From assembly GCF_022539665.2 (NCBI RefSeq), contig NC_081333.1, positions 6,820,001 to 6,884,000 of the forward strand: a stretch of 64,000 nt of DNA, read 5' to 3'. The notes under the pieces are model-generated. The model worked only from the letters and a program-made list of their open reading frames with translations, did no database searches and was not told the DNA's origin. Made by a program: the position numbers and the translations under genes. This stretch comes from Daphnia carinata (lineage: Eukaryota). This document shows positions 28,601 to 42,026 of this stretch, one piece after another; position 1 is the first letter of the stretch, and each line of letters opens with the position of its first letter.

Positions 28601-29642
28601 GAAATTCCTCCATTTATATTCATTGAAGTAATAAATTCGTAAAAGATTTCTGTACGAGTACGTGTGGGAAAAATCATGAAATCAATCGTATAATTTACAT
28701 CACAACCAAGTGATTACTTGAACCTAAGGCCATATTGGTTCGAATGTGAGTTAAAAAGAACATCCAACAGTAACCTTTCCGCCCGGTATCGCAAACGCCC
28801 TTTAAGATTTATTGCACGGAATAATGGTAAAAAAAAAAATAAATATAAAAATCGGAAAAATAGGAAAGCAACTTTTTTGATGGACGACTGTTCAAACAAA
28901 GAACTTTTCGATTTCCGTGAAAAGTTTGCAACCTACTACCAGGTTATTGCAGAAATACCTGCGGAAAAAGTTATATGTGCATCATGAATAGCGCTGCGTT
29001 ATGTCTCAAACATTCATTCAGCATTTAAACAATTTTACGCACCTTTGCTATTTCTATTAACATTATTAATTTTCTTTTCTTCTCATTTTTTTTTATTGCA
29101 TAAAACGACGCTGACAGGTGATCGACACCGGTCGAGTGGTGGTGCGAGAGAAAGATCCGGCCCGCGAACGGAGGAGGATCAGTCGGCAGCGAGAGAAAAG
29201 GGCCACGTTGATCCTGGGACTGATTATGGGCGCCTTCATCGCCTGTTGGCTCCCCTTCTTCTTCCTCTACTTGCTGGCTCCAGTCTGTCCGTCGTGCAAC
29301 ATTCAGCCGTGGGGATTCGCCTTCGCTTTTTGGCTCGGCTACATCAACTCGGCCCTCAATCCAGTAAGCCATTCAAGATGAAATAAGGATGGGAAAACCT
29401 TGTCTGATCTCTGGAAGTAAATCGATAAGAAAAGAGGCAAAATGAAAATATATCCTCAAATCATTGCCTGCGAAAATAGTCGTGAATTTAACCTTATGAC
29501 GTTGTATTGATCGGCCAAATGCTTGATTTTCTTTTCTTTCTTTTTCCCCGACCAATTGCAGGTCATTTATACCATTTTCAACAAAGACTTCCGACGAGCA
29601 TTTCGTCGAATACTCTTTCGCTGCACCATCGCTCCCTACTAA
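7648..29642 (+). CDS. Octalpha2R: Alpha2-adrenergic-like octopamine receptor (class A aminergic GPCR), 4 coding exons: 7648-8499, 24029-25480, 29118-29363, 29562-29642
   Basis: Motifs: TM1 GN, SLAVAD, TM3 DVLLCTSS (Asp3.32), DRY, TM5 YSALGSFYIP, REKRAT, CWLPFF, NSALNP|VIYTIFNKDFRRAF. All three introns are GT-AG and phase 0. The start codon is uncertain (7648, 7708, 7741 or 7765). Confidence 0.9.
21261..21314. repeat. Short direct duplication TTTCTCCACATGTACGTCTC x2 in the GPCR intron
   Basis: Read directly from the sequence. Confidence 0.7.
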
Positions 29643-30839
29643 ATTTGTGCGTTAACTGTACGGCGCTTACGTTCCCGTAGGAGAAAGAGTGAAAAACGAC
29701 AACAATCGGCAAGATGATTGGAGTTCAGAATTTTTGGAATAAAGATGGTATCATCTTCTAACGATTTTCTATTGTATCCATTTTTTCGTTGATTTTTTTT
29801 TTGTTACAAAGCCGGTAACCGAATTTTTAAAAACCCGCACAAAAAGTATATATTGTATAAATTACGTCATCTAATGCTTTATACATACAGGACGCAAAAT
29901 AAACGTGAATACGAATAATGGGTGTTATGAGTGAAATGGAGAAACTACGGTGCACCGTTTGAACCACCTTTTTATAGACAAGCCCTGTTCTCGGTTTTCG
30001 TTTGGAAAAGTCAGATGCTTAATTGCTAGAAAGATTGCCACTAAATGGTTGTGCAGGATCGCTATAAAAATATCGAAGTATTTGGTAAACCAGAGAACTG
30101 AGGTTGTCAATCAAAAAGTGGATCCAAAGGCGTTCCGTGTATACTATCATTCAATTTTATTTTTTGTCATAACCATAACAAGAAAGTATTTCTCAATAGA
30201 AAGGTTCATTCGAATCAAAACAACAAAAAATTGCTTTTGTGTTTGCCAGCTTTGTTCGTGACGCACAGTGAACGGCGAATTACGTCTTTTTGTTTCGAAA
30301 CTTTTTTAATTCTCTATTTGGCTTTCCTTGTTTCATGTTCCGGGCTGTTAGTACTCTAGGCTCCTCCGTTAGCGGGCAATGACAACAAGGATAAGACACA
30401 CAAGCAAACCTTGGATTATTATATTAATTGAGGAGTTAAATACACATGTGGATGACAAACTGCAATGCTAACAAACGGCAAAAACAAACAACTAAAAAAA
30501 ACACACACAAAGAAACCGAACGGAGACGTAAGGAGAAATCCCTCCGTCACATACGATGCAATTTCAAGGATTCGCCGGAAATGGAGAGAACTGCGAAGGG
30601 ATTTTCGGTGGTTGCGTGTCACTGTGTGTGTGTATTAAAGTTAACGACTGAAACCAAGGACCGGATCAATAGTAAGTACGGTAATGGGAATGGAACAATC
30701 TTTGTCTAATTTCAACTAGAAGTCTCCGAGAGGAGAAGAATTGAGGGAGATAGGATGCCGTGAAGCGAATCCGAAATAGAAACAGGGATCAGCGCTTTTG
30801 GCGTTCGGCCTCTTCTCTCTCTCTACTCGGGTGACTGGA

Positions 30840-32649
30840 TCAGTATCGAAGATTGTTGATGACTGCCAAGGTAAACTCATTGGTAGATGAGTGGCCACCA
30901 ATGTCCTTAGTTCGAATCTAAGAGCATACATGATCAATTAACATATGAAAATTAGGTGAAACGCAGACATTACAGCCAAAATACATACAAGAAAATCAAA
31001 CAGATTGAGAACGACGTTGACAAGCTTTACCTTTCCAACTTTAAGGACACGCTCCACGGCGCTTTGAATCATGTTGCCATAATATTCTAATCCAACATGA
31101 TTCAACATGTTACAAGAAGACAGCAGCATGGCAGTAGGGTTAGCCACATTTTTGCCAACAGCTTCTGAAAATGTGTGACTGGAACCCTAAATACGAAAAA
31201 ACGATTAGATAAAATAAATTACGATAAGTTGTTGGTATACAATGTGCTTGTTGAATTCAGTCTAAAAAAAAAAACGTTCACTCACCATTTCAAAGACGAC
31301 ACAGTTGCTTGAATAAGAGGCTCCAGGTACTACACCGGCACCGCCAATAATGCCAGATGCCAAATTGTCGATGATGTCACCATAAAGATTTGGCATAACC
31401 ATCACGTCAAACTGGGTAGGTTTCGATACCAATTGCATTGTCGTGTTATCGACAATCATTTCTTCAAATTTGATTTTCGGGTAGAGAGCGGCAATCTGGT
31501 TTGACAAAAAGATATTTTCGAGAAATGATTATGTTAAGTTCCTCTTCGGATTTATGCGAGTATTACTTCTCGACAACAACGGAGGAAGAGACCATCGCCT
31601 AATTTCATAATATTAGCCTTGTGCACAGCGGTCACCTTCTTACGACCGAACTTGGTGGCGTAATCGAACGCGAATTTGGCTATGCGGTGCGATTTTTCAG
31701 CCGTAATAATTTTCAGACATTCTACTACACCCTGAAATCGAAAGGGACGAGTGGTTAACATATGCATTATTAAAAAGACAAACTAAAAAACTTACTGGGA
31801 CACTTTCGTGCTCAAGAGAAGAATATTCGCCCTCGGTAGCTTCGCGAATGATTATCATGTCAACGTTATTATGGCGTGCCCTTACTCCAGCCAGCGATTT
31901 AACGTGTACTACATTTGCATAAAGATCCAACTTCCGGCGGAGTTTCATGCTCAAAGATTGAAGGTCTCCTGAATGACTATAATCAGGTGTGGCCAGGCTA
32001 CCTGAAAGAAAATTTTATTCAGACAGATTACAATTCGGTTTGCATGATATTGGAAATATAAAAATTATGGAAAAGATTACAGTCGTACTTTGCAAATGGT
32101 TAAAAGAAAGCAGTAATACAACAAATACCTTTAAGGCAAATCCCATTTTGTGAAATAGATTCAGCAACATCTTCCAATGAAACACTCATCAATGGTTGGA
32201 CTTCACTGAAAAATTTTGGTTCAAAATCAACCGGGACACCAGCTGCCTGAATGACGTCAAAACAATATTGATTTTAAAAATACATTTAGAAAACAAACAA
32301 TCTGAGAATTGATTACCTTAAATACTTCCTGAACAGAGTACAGCAATTCTGGACCAACTCCATCACCTGGGATTAGGGTACATTTTGTTCGCCCTTCTGG
32401 TTTGGAAACTGGGGCTTGCTAAACAAAATATCAATACTGCATGTTTAGAAATAAAGCACCGATATAAAACCACTCGCTTACAATCGCTGAGAAGGCTCGT
32501 GTCTGGTTGACCCCGTGCTTCTTAAGTAGGGCGGTTGCCGGTCGCGAAACCTAGAAAATAAATTCTATTAAATAATGATACGAAAATTTTAACTAGTATG
32601 TACCAACCAGAGAGGCTGTTAACTGAATTTTCGTAAAAAGGGAGGCCAT
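30840..32649 (-). CDS. IDH3B: Mitochondrial NAD-dependent isocitrate dehydrogenase subunit beta, multi-exon
   Basis: Peptides: [92 protein letters not shown]. Last exon [25 protein letters not shown] (30840-30917). N-terminus resembles a transit peptide. Confidence 0.93.
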
Positions 32650-32824
32650 TTCTAATTCGGAATCAACTGATTAAGCCTAAAAATGTTTAATCGGAGTTTC
32701 GGCTAGTAATCTAAATGATAGAAAGCAGACGAAATCAGCTGATCAAAAAAGACATCTATGAAGAGAAACAAGCACCTTGATGAGAAAACCATTGTGAGCA
32801 AAAAAAAAATAACATTATATTTGA

Positions 32825-32896
32825 TGCCCACTGTGAGGATCGAACTCACGGCCGCTAGTTTACAAGACTAGCGCTCTACCACTGAGCTAAGCGGGC
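32825..32896 (-). tRNA. tRNA-Thr (anticodon UGU)
   Basis: GCCCGCTTAGCTCAGTGGTAGAGCGCTAGTCTTGTAAACTAGCGGCCGTGAGTTCGATCCTCACAGTGGGCA folds into a full cloverleaf with A and B boxes. A poly-T terminator follows at ~32800-32809 on the minus strand. Confidence 0.96.
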
Positions 32897-33705
32897 CGTG
32901 GATTTTTGGAAATTGCTCCCTCTACAAATTCATGAAATACCTGGGCAAAACATAATGTTTCGCCGTTCGAAAGAGTTACTAATGACTATCGTTGGTATGA
33001 TATGTCTGTTGGGCGCGAAGGATTGGAGGCAGTGCCCATCCGTCGATGTAGCCCTAAAAATGCTTTTTTGGACTTACCGATGTAGCAGTTGGCCCACTGG
33101 GAAAAGACCTCGTAGAAGACGCAGATATAAATAGGGTTCGGCCGGCCTACCTGAGCCCAAGCTTTCTACGGAAACTGACGCAATAGCTGGGAAAAATTTG
33201 CAATCTAAGTGTTACATTTTACATGTGCCACGCCAGTACCTTCCGGTAGCAAGCCGGGTTTCACATAATCAAGGCCGAGCTCCAGTCATAGACGTAGAAA
33301 AACTGTGATTGTAATAATTTTTTAAACAGGTGTTTTATTTCATTTTCAAAACAGTTTCTTGTAATAAAAAAATTCATTAAAAAAAGATTCAGTGGTAGAT
33401 ATTAATCGCATGCAAAAAATGAAAAGGGAAACTTCTAATATTGCAAGTTCAAGGGCCAGCCGCTGGAGACGCTTCGTTCGAGACTAGTATCCAAACGATC
33501 CGTTTGCCCGAAAGACAAAAAACTAAATATAGAAGATCCGTATTCTAAGATCAGTCTGATCTTTTTCAAGTTAGAATTTCTGTAAAGTAGGAGTAAGTTT
33601 ACCCTATAGTTACCTAGAGCCGCCCTTCTGATTAAGCCAATGTATTTTAAAATTTGGTCGAAAAGTTGATTATCGTATGTTTGTGTGATTGAAAGTTGAA
33701 TAAAG

Positions 33706-34787
33706 ATGCCTGTAGCCCACAATGAAGCCCATGGACGCGATAAAGACGACAGTGATGGAGAAGGCGAACATGAAGAAATGGATCACTTGTCTATTGCTCA
33801 CGATAGTGAAAAAGGAGGTACTTCTGATGGAGATTCAAGTGAAGATTCTGGGTCAGAAGATAGTTCGGAAATGGATGAGGATGAATGTGAAAATAGAAGA
33901 AGTGAATGTCTTGATGACATGATCGATCTTGAAAAACAGTTTTCCTACTTGAAGGAACAGTAAGTCACTATTATCTATGTGAATTGGGTATGCTGGCTGT
34001 ACCATTATTTTACAATTATATAGGCTGTACCGAGAAAGAATCACACAAATTGAAAGCAAACTCCAAGAAGTTATGGCAGAGCAAGCTGCAGAATATCTTG
34101 GCCCTTTGGCTGATCTGAGAGAAGCTGTGGCAGTCAGAACACAAGTTGCTGGGATTTTGAGACAGCTACGCTTGGAGAACATAAAAAATAAAGCAGTAGC
34201 TGAAGAAGTAGCAGCTACACAAGATTTTGAGGTAGGCAGTTACAAATAGCATGCTGTGAACTGTGAAACTACCTACAGAGTTCTTTGATGCCCTTTATTA
34301 TAGAACCCTTAAAAGTTTAACCTGTCCTATAACTCTGGTTCCTAGATAGTTATATATTTTTTTGTTTAAATGATCAGTCAAGGAAAGCCCTGCTCATGGA
34401 TTCCATCAAAGAATCTCTGAATGAAAAAATACGCCGTTTGGAAGAAGACAGAAATCAGGTGGGACTGTTGGAATGCGATTCTTTCTTGAAGTCCCGCTCG
34501 CTCCACAGCTTCGGATCAAGCCCGTTCCGAAGTGACGACAAAGAATCGAAAGAAAAAGACAAAAGACGGAAACCCATCACCGTGACGGGACCTTACATTG
34601 TTTATATGTTGAGCGAAGCCGATATTATGGAAGATTGGACCTTGATCCGCAAAGCCCTTACTGCAACAAATCGTAAAGATTGTAAGTAATGGTTCTTGAA
34701 CCATCTTAGAAAAAAATTATTTTAAAGACAACAAAGAACGCCTAAATCATAAAATTGTCTGATTTATTAATTGCAGATCCACTCTGA
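33706..34787 (+). CDS. BRMS1: Breast cancer metastasis-suppressor 1-like protein (Sds3 family, Sin3-HDAC subunit); exons 33706-33959, 34024-34231, 34378-34681, probable short last exon 34777-34787 (or stop at 34689 if unspliced)
   Basis: Acidic N-terminus, then [40 protein letters not shown] and VTGPYIVYMLSEADIMEDWTLIRKA. Introns are GT-AG. Confidence 0.9.
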
Positions 34788-35131
34788 CGCGATACAATGT
34801 TATGCTTTCGTGGTATAATTGTAAATAATAAAAAAAAATCATCCTCATTGTCGATCGTAATTCAGTAAGTACAACGTACTGGTTACTAATACACGGCAAG
34901 TACATTTGTTTATTCAAGTCGTAAAATATTTTCGACACAAGATTGACCTACGCGAATGTAACCAAGCCAACAAAAAAGTCTTAATTATAGTAACTAGTTT
35001 AGGTTTCTAAAATGAAGAAAAAAATTTTAATGTTGAAAGCCATCGACAAGACAATGGCTTCGAAAACTACGGACAGTTACAGCTGATTGATGAGGATTAA
35101 AGAACGTATTGTTGCTCGTGTAGCAATTTCA

Positions 35132-37313
35132 CTATTTAGAGGCAGCTGGAGCGACAGCGGCAGATTTGGAGCTAGACTTCTGTGGAGTTGAGCCGGACAT
35201 GACGGGGGAGCCACGCCCTGTTGGCGTAACTGATTCGCTACCCGATGACATTTCCAATTCCATCTAGCGATATCACATCATATAAATTGATTTACAGTTT
35301 TTTTTTTACAAAAATAACAATGTACATACCTTTTCATCTTCGGGGATGGGACCGTTTTCGTCTTCATACTCTTTCAGAACAGCATCGAGGTTGTAGCGTT
35401 TACGATAAGAGATGAAGAATAGACGTACGTGGGCTTCATTCTTGGTGCCAATGACATCAGCGATGGCTTTAAAATCTTTCCCATATTTACGGACTCCTAG
35501 TTTCCAAAATTTACATAATAGAACTAAAAGTACTAGCTGTTTTATGTTGTTCTAACCTTGGACTGCAATCAAGAGTTCTTCATTTGTCCAGCGAGCGTTG
35601 ATGCGACCACTGTTATCTGGTGGCTTCCAAGAAGACAATCCGTCGCCAACTCGTTTCGTCAAAACGCTCTGTATCTGTTTGTTTTTCTGCACCTATTTAA
35701 CATACTTTGTTTTAAAAATATCTATCTGAACGTTTGACTGTAAACAAATAGCTTACTAATCGCTTAAGAGCAACAATCTCGCCATCCATTCCTTTGAGCA
35801 CGGCGTCGCTTTGTACATCCGATTCACCACAGAATGTTACTAAATCTTCGTGATCTAAATACATTCCCCTAGGTGGTTTCCGCTTGTGGCGACCTTTTTA
35901 GAAACAAGTTATTGTAACCGTTTTGAAAATTCGTACAGAAAAAACTAACCTGACGAAGTTAATCCTGCGGGTTTATCACGACGAATAGGTCCAGTAGTAG
36001 GACGCATCACACCCGTACGCCTTTACGAAAGAAAACCTTAGCTTTGAAAACAATCGATGAGCACGCTAGTCTAAAACCTACTTGAGATGATTAGCACAAG
36101 TGGCACACAGAGCTCCTTTGGCAGTAGCTTGAAGTTGACTACAGTGGATGCCACAGTTTAGGCATAGGCTTTTGGCAGAATCTCCGTCCTTCTGCAAAAT
36201 AAAAATAAAAATTTATAAAAAAAAAATTGTAAACAATTTAACAATGATGTACAAATTATGTTATAGAATTACGTTCTCATTCCGGTCTTCGTCGCTATCA
36301 CTTGGAACAGCAACAGCTGCAACGGGTTCAATAGCTTCAACACTGTTGGAATCTTCACCAGTTCTTTGGGTAACCATCCGACGCACTTGACGATCCATCA
36401 AACTACTACGTGCCCTGGTTTTTTTCCAGGAATAGTAATAACGAACTAAAGCGGCGATTGACTTGTCTGGTAGCTACGATGGAGAAGTCAAAGTGGTAAT
36501 AAGAGGGAAGTTAGAATAGTATCAAGTTGTCTTACCATTTGTCTTATTCTGTGGAAGCTTTTGCCATGGAACTGAAAAGCTTGTTCAAAGAGAACTTTGT
36601 CCTCAACAGACCATTCATCAGGAAATGGAGTAAAATTGGAAAGGTCAATCAGAGCTTTTTCTAGATCATGTTTATGCCAAAACAGCATCCCCAAAGCTTG
36701 TTCAGAGTTGTATCCATATTTTTCTTTGGCCACACTTATATAATCTTCCACTAATGAAAATTGAATTACACCAACTTTTAATAAAGGAATGTATGTAGTA
36801 AACAGTCTTCAGACTTACACTTTGCATCTAGTATATCATTGGTTGGAGACCAGACCAAAAGAGCTCGTTCAGAATACTGATCAGGTTTTCGATCTAACCA
36901 ATTAAATTGTGAGTTAATGAAATCATAGCAGACATGTAAGAAACATTACCAGCTATTGGTGTTAGGAGTGGGATCTGAGCTTGATAATCTCTGCCAACTC
37001 GCATTCCTCCATCTGTCAAATCATAATTATAAAAAATTCAGATAATTGTTTCACTATTAAAAATTGTATGGATTCAAAAAAGCATGCAAGGTGATAATTT
37101 AGCATGCAAACTTTGTTATAAATGAATACAATTACTTCCTCCTTCGCGTTCGTCTTCTTCACTCTCCCCTGAATAGTGTCCGTTATTGGGGCTGGCTCCT
37201 CTAGATCGCTTATTGCCAATAGCTCGCCCCTCAGTCTCAGCCGAAACCTTTGAAAATTTAAGATGTTTTCTTTCATTCAAAGTTTTAATAAACTTTTCAC
37301 AGACACTTACCAT
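35132..37313 (-). CDS. CoREST: REST corepressor (ELM2 plus two SANT domains), multi-exon
   Basis: Peptides: [106 protein letters not shown]. Stop TAG at 35132-35134. Confidence 0.93.
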
Positions 37314-38849
37314 CCTTCAATTTCCTAGCAGATCGGCCCGCTTATGACCCGAAATATTCAAATTGTGATTTTGGCCCTTTTGAAAAATATTTCAACACAA
37401 AAAAAGCAAAAGCAAACGGCGTCTGCTCCGCGCCTTCTCACGTATGACATGAATGCTTCTGCACCGAGAGCGAGAGTAAGAGCTTCGCCTCGCAGAAAAA
37501 GGGGATGGTTGTGACGAAGCAATAGAGGCGGAGCCTGTTGTGCGCTCTTCTAGATTCCAGGCTGCTTTATTGGATAGTTTTATCATAGGATCAGGCAGTG
37601 CTCCTCTAGAGGCTGCAGTAGCCCAGGGAATTCTAGTCAATAGCGAAAGACGCAGCACACAGGCCACGCCTTCATCTGTCCAGTTTAAATTTGTTCTTTC
37701 ATTATGGGAACCCATTCGTTTACAAATTCTCTATGATTACAGTTAAATGTCGCTTCACTTGCCGTGAATATAAAATTTTTATTTCAACATAAAAACATTC
37801 CTAACTTTGCAAAAAAAAAAAAAGAAATTGAGAGATGCTTTTCGATAGCATTGCTTACTTTTTTTATGCAGGTTTAAGAGCTTTTAAAGTATTTCAAATT
37901 GCAATAAATTTTCTCGTTTGACATCATTTTATGAATGAATCGTCCGTGAGGCGTGCTTCGTTGCCGGATGGTGCGTTTTCCTCGTTGTCCAACGGAAATA
38001 CATACGTACGTAGCGATAATTAAAATAGTTAATTATGAAACGGTAAACGGTTTATTTTCAAAATGAAACGTCCGATTCTTTGAACATATTTCTCTGTCTT
38101 TTCAACTAGGGCAACATTACGCGCCAGACAAGACTCTATCACTGTCCCAATCTTCCAGCTCCATGTAGATCAAAATACTGAGGTGAATTGGCAGGTGTGC
38201 CAATAAAGGTTTGCATACGCCAATTCTCATATTATTTATTGCAGTTATTTATTCAGTTTTATTAGCGTTTAAAAGACGCACGCCCTTGCTATACCTCGTA
38301 GATTGATCTAGATTGGAATTAGCAGTTTTTTAGCTTTTGAAGCTTAGAATTAGACTTAAAAATATTCGTCTAATATGAACGTTTCTCGTTTACAGCCGCT
38401 CGTGTAGCAGGATGGTTTTATTTTTCTTGTCCGGAAGTTTCCATGTAGTATACCACATCAAATGCAAAACAAATTGCATTCCATGTTCATTCGTTATAAG
38501 TAACTTGAGAGACATTTTCATAAGCGATGATATATATGTAAACTAAAATAAAATAAAAAATTATGAAACGAAAAAAACAAAAAAAAAAACTAATAAAACA
38601 AAATGGTTTAAAAAATGTGAAACAAATAATTCAAATAACTTTAGGATGAAGACCTTTTGAGAATTTTCGTTCCATTTTGTCTTTCACGAAGTGAGGGCTT
38701 AACTGATGATAGTAGAAGAACTTGTGGGATTCGTCCCCCTTCATCATTATAAATTAGAAGAAAAAATTAGGTGGTCCAAGTGCATTCCACTAGTAATCTC
38801 TATTTTCAATCGCGTGCTAGTCTAGTATGTGTAGTAGTAGGCTACCACA

Positions 38850-41204
38850 GGCTATCTCTTTTTAATTTGACAGTCGTTGGTCTTGCCCATACCGCACGTA
38901 ATTATGTCTGCACTTCTCATCTCTGCATCGTTTGGTATCTATTACAGGTCTTATGGAGGGAAGCAAAGAACAACTAAAGTAATAAATTATAACATGTATT
39001 TGATGAATTAAAATTTATTTGACACATTCTTGTTCCAAGAAATCTTTGCTTGCTGATAGAAATGTGTCCTTCATACTGTTGCATTTTCTTTGATGGTAAT
39101 AAGCTTCATGTCATTACTACATTACTAGGTGTATCCTCAGAAAATTACTTTTATAGCACACAGTTTGTTGTAATCAACCTTGTCTACATTATTGGAATGC
39201 TGTTAGCAGCATATTTTTACCTACCAGGTCAGTATACAAAGTAGTGTTAAGGCTGATTACGATTAACAATATAAATGTTTTCTATTTCAGTCTTTTATCA
39301 ACTGCAACATGCAAGGGTGTATAAGGTAATATTTTTAAAAGTTTCAATGTGTGCTATACGATTAAAATATAACATCATTAAAAAGACAATAGTATCTAGA
39401 GCTTCACTTTGGAGTTGCAACATGACTGGTTGCTATAATGTAGCATTTGTTACCCAGATGGTATTGTACTGTACATCGGCATAGCTTTATATGCCCGTGC
39501 ACTTGCCCTGAATGCAGTGACTGAGCTTGACAAAATTGCCTCTATAATAGCTGTTGGAGTTGTTTGCAGATTTTATTCCAATATTGGTGGGATGGAAGCT
39601 GTCCTCATTACTGACATATTCCAGGTATTGAGGCATTCTTAGTAATTTTTTTCCCTTAACAATTAATTATCGCTTAATATCATTTGTTTTTATTTTACCG
39701 TTAAAATCAGTTTTGATGTTTTTATCAGTGATTTGCGTTTGTGTCAAAGGATCTATTGATGCTGGAGGAATGAATAAAGTTTGGGAAATCGCTAATGAAG
39801 GTGGCCGAATTAAGTTCACTGACCTTCGTCTTGATCCGTCAGTTCGGCATACTCTATGGACCCAGTTAATTGGAGACATCTTCACTTTTATTTCACTGTA
39901 TACGGTCAACCAAACTCAGGTACCTCTTGCAATTGATATTGACGCGGAATTGGTGTAATCTTTTATAAATGCGGTAATATTGTCTTACTAGATTTAAAGT
40001 CTCCTATCGGCTAACAGTTTACGTAAGCCTAACAATCCGTTGTGATTGAACTGGACGATGTTGACGGCGTTGAATTTAATTACATCCTTTGCCGGTATCT
40101 CAATGTTTTCACGTTGCACCGATTGTGACCCCCTAATGGAAACACATCCGTCCTCCCGATCAAGTGATAGGTTGACCTTTTGCATTACGATTACAATTGC
40201 CTTACTACAATTGCCTTTAGTTACTACCTTATTTTGTCGTGGATACAATGGGTCATTTGCCCGGTACAGCTGGCTTCTTTATATCGGACATTTTCAGTGG
40301 CTCTGTTAGTACCGGGAGCTCATCACTACACTCGTTGGCTGCCGGAGCTGTGCAAGATTCCCCTGTGATAATTACATTTAAAGATGAATTCATTACTACC
40401 TTTTTTCCGCAACGTGAACATCACTTAATGTTGCATAGCCTTTTGCTTCAAGAAAACATCTGGCGCTCGTTTAGCGTGGGTTGCCCGAGTAGTCGCTTTG
40501 TTTTATGGAGGAAGCAGCATAGCTATTGCCTTTGTCGTTGAGTAATTAGGCGGTGTATTGCAAGCATCTCTAACCGTATTTGGGGTCGTGGGTGGACCGC
40601 TACTTGCCCTCTTCACCATCGGATGTTTTTAACGATCGTCGAACAAACGGTTTACTTACCAGTCAAGCCATTGAATCCTAACTTCAGTTTAACACTATTA
40701 AATCTATAGGGAGCTCTTACTGGTTTGGTTACTGGATTGGCATTCAGTTTGTGGATTGGGTTTGGTGGTCCGAAGCCTGCCATTACACGTCTACCTCTAA
40801 TAGACGATGGCTGCGCCGAGTTCTTGAACGTAGCAATTGATTCCACAACTGAGCCGTACCTTTCAACAGTTTCTCCTTCTGTCCTGCCAACAGTAGCCAC
40901 GCCAACAGATGATTACTTCCCGCTATATCGTATTTCGTATATGTGGTACGCTCCTCTTGGATTTCTTCTGACAGTTCTTGTTGCCCAAGCGGTCAACCGC
41001 ATTGACAGATTAAGCGTTGAAAGGCGAGGCATATCAGGCCAAAGGATGAAAGAACTGCTCAGTCCAATGTTTCCGCACTTCTCATCATCTTCCAAATCCC
41101 AACTTACTGGTAAAATATGCTATTCACATTTGATTTCAAATGGAGGATATTTAATATTTTGTTGCCTTACGTCGTCGTATTCTTTAGTTGACTCTTCGTT
41201 GTGA
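38850..41204 (+). pseudogene. Sodium:solute symporter (SLC5, SMVT/multivitamin transporter-like) pseudogene
   Basis: SSS-family peptides: GGMEAVLITDIFQ, RLDPSVRHTLWTQLIG, YTVNQTQV, LPGTAGFFISDIFSGS, LGGVLQASLTVFGVVGGPLL, YRISYMWY. In-frame stops (TGA ~40043, TAA ~40543, TAA ~40630) and apparent frameshifts. The 5' boundary is approximate. Confidence 0.8.
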
Positions 41205-42026
41205 AACTTACGAGGAAAAACAGAGCCACGTAAACCAAACTGTATCGAAAATTTGAAGGCCTTTCCGACCTCAGGAATTATTTCTGTTGTAGTTTTAAAA
41301 CCTCAACTAAAAACCCTCGGAAAGAATCTTACCAACTGGAAACCAGTTCATAGCAAATTCATTGAATTTTGAAATCCACACAGAAGTTATTTTAAATATT
41401 TTATATTAAATATTTTATATTAAACCTTCAGTGCAATAGTATGTAGAAACATACAGTTCTGCGGTTTAATGTGAAGTTAAGTGTGACCTTGTGGGGTTAA
41501 ACTTAAACTTAACTTAAACTTTTGAGATTGATCGATGATCGGATTGGCCATTTAAAAAATGATCATGATTAATTTCATTTTTAGCGATTAATCTTTCTAC
41601 CATCTAGGGGAAAGTCTGTTTCCGACTTATTGTTTTGTGTAAACCATAAAACCGCGGTGCAAACCGTAAAAAAACCTGGTGAAACCGCGGTGCGATTTGT
41701 TGGGAAAAAACGGCAAACCGAACCGCTCCGGTTTGTCTTTTTTTTCATCGCACGACTCGGCAAAAATCGTGCCCGATCGTCGCGGAGTCGATTGCAAATG
41801 CATTCGAACGCCCTGGCTATTAAGTTTTAGGCGAAGTAGGGATTGCGGGTTAATTGGCAGTTATTACAGTAGGCCACGGTCTCGCCCGTGCTTTGAGATG
41901 TTTCATTAAATATCGTCTGCTTTCGTGTTTTGTTTTCTTTTCGCGTGCTTTCGTGTTTTGTTTTCTTTTCGCGTGCGCCCAGTGTAACGAGCACGTTTTG
42001 GACAATCATTTTTTAGGTGTGAAATC

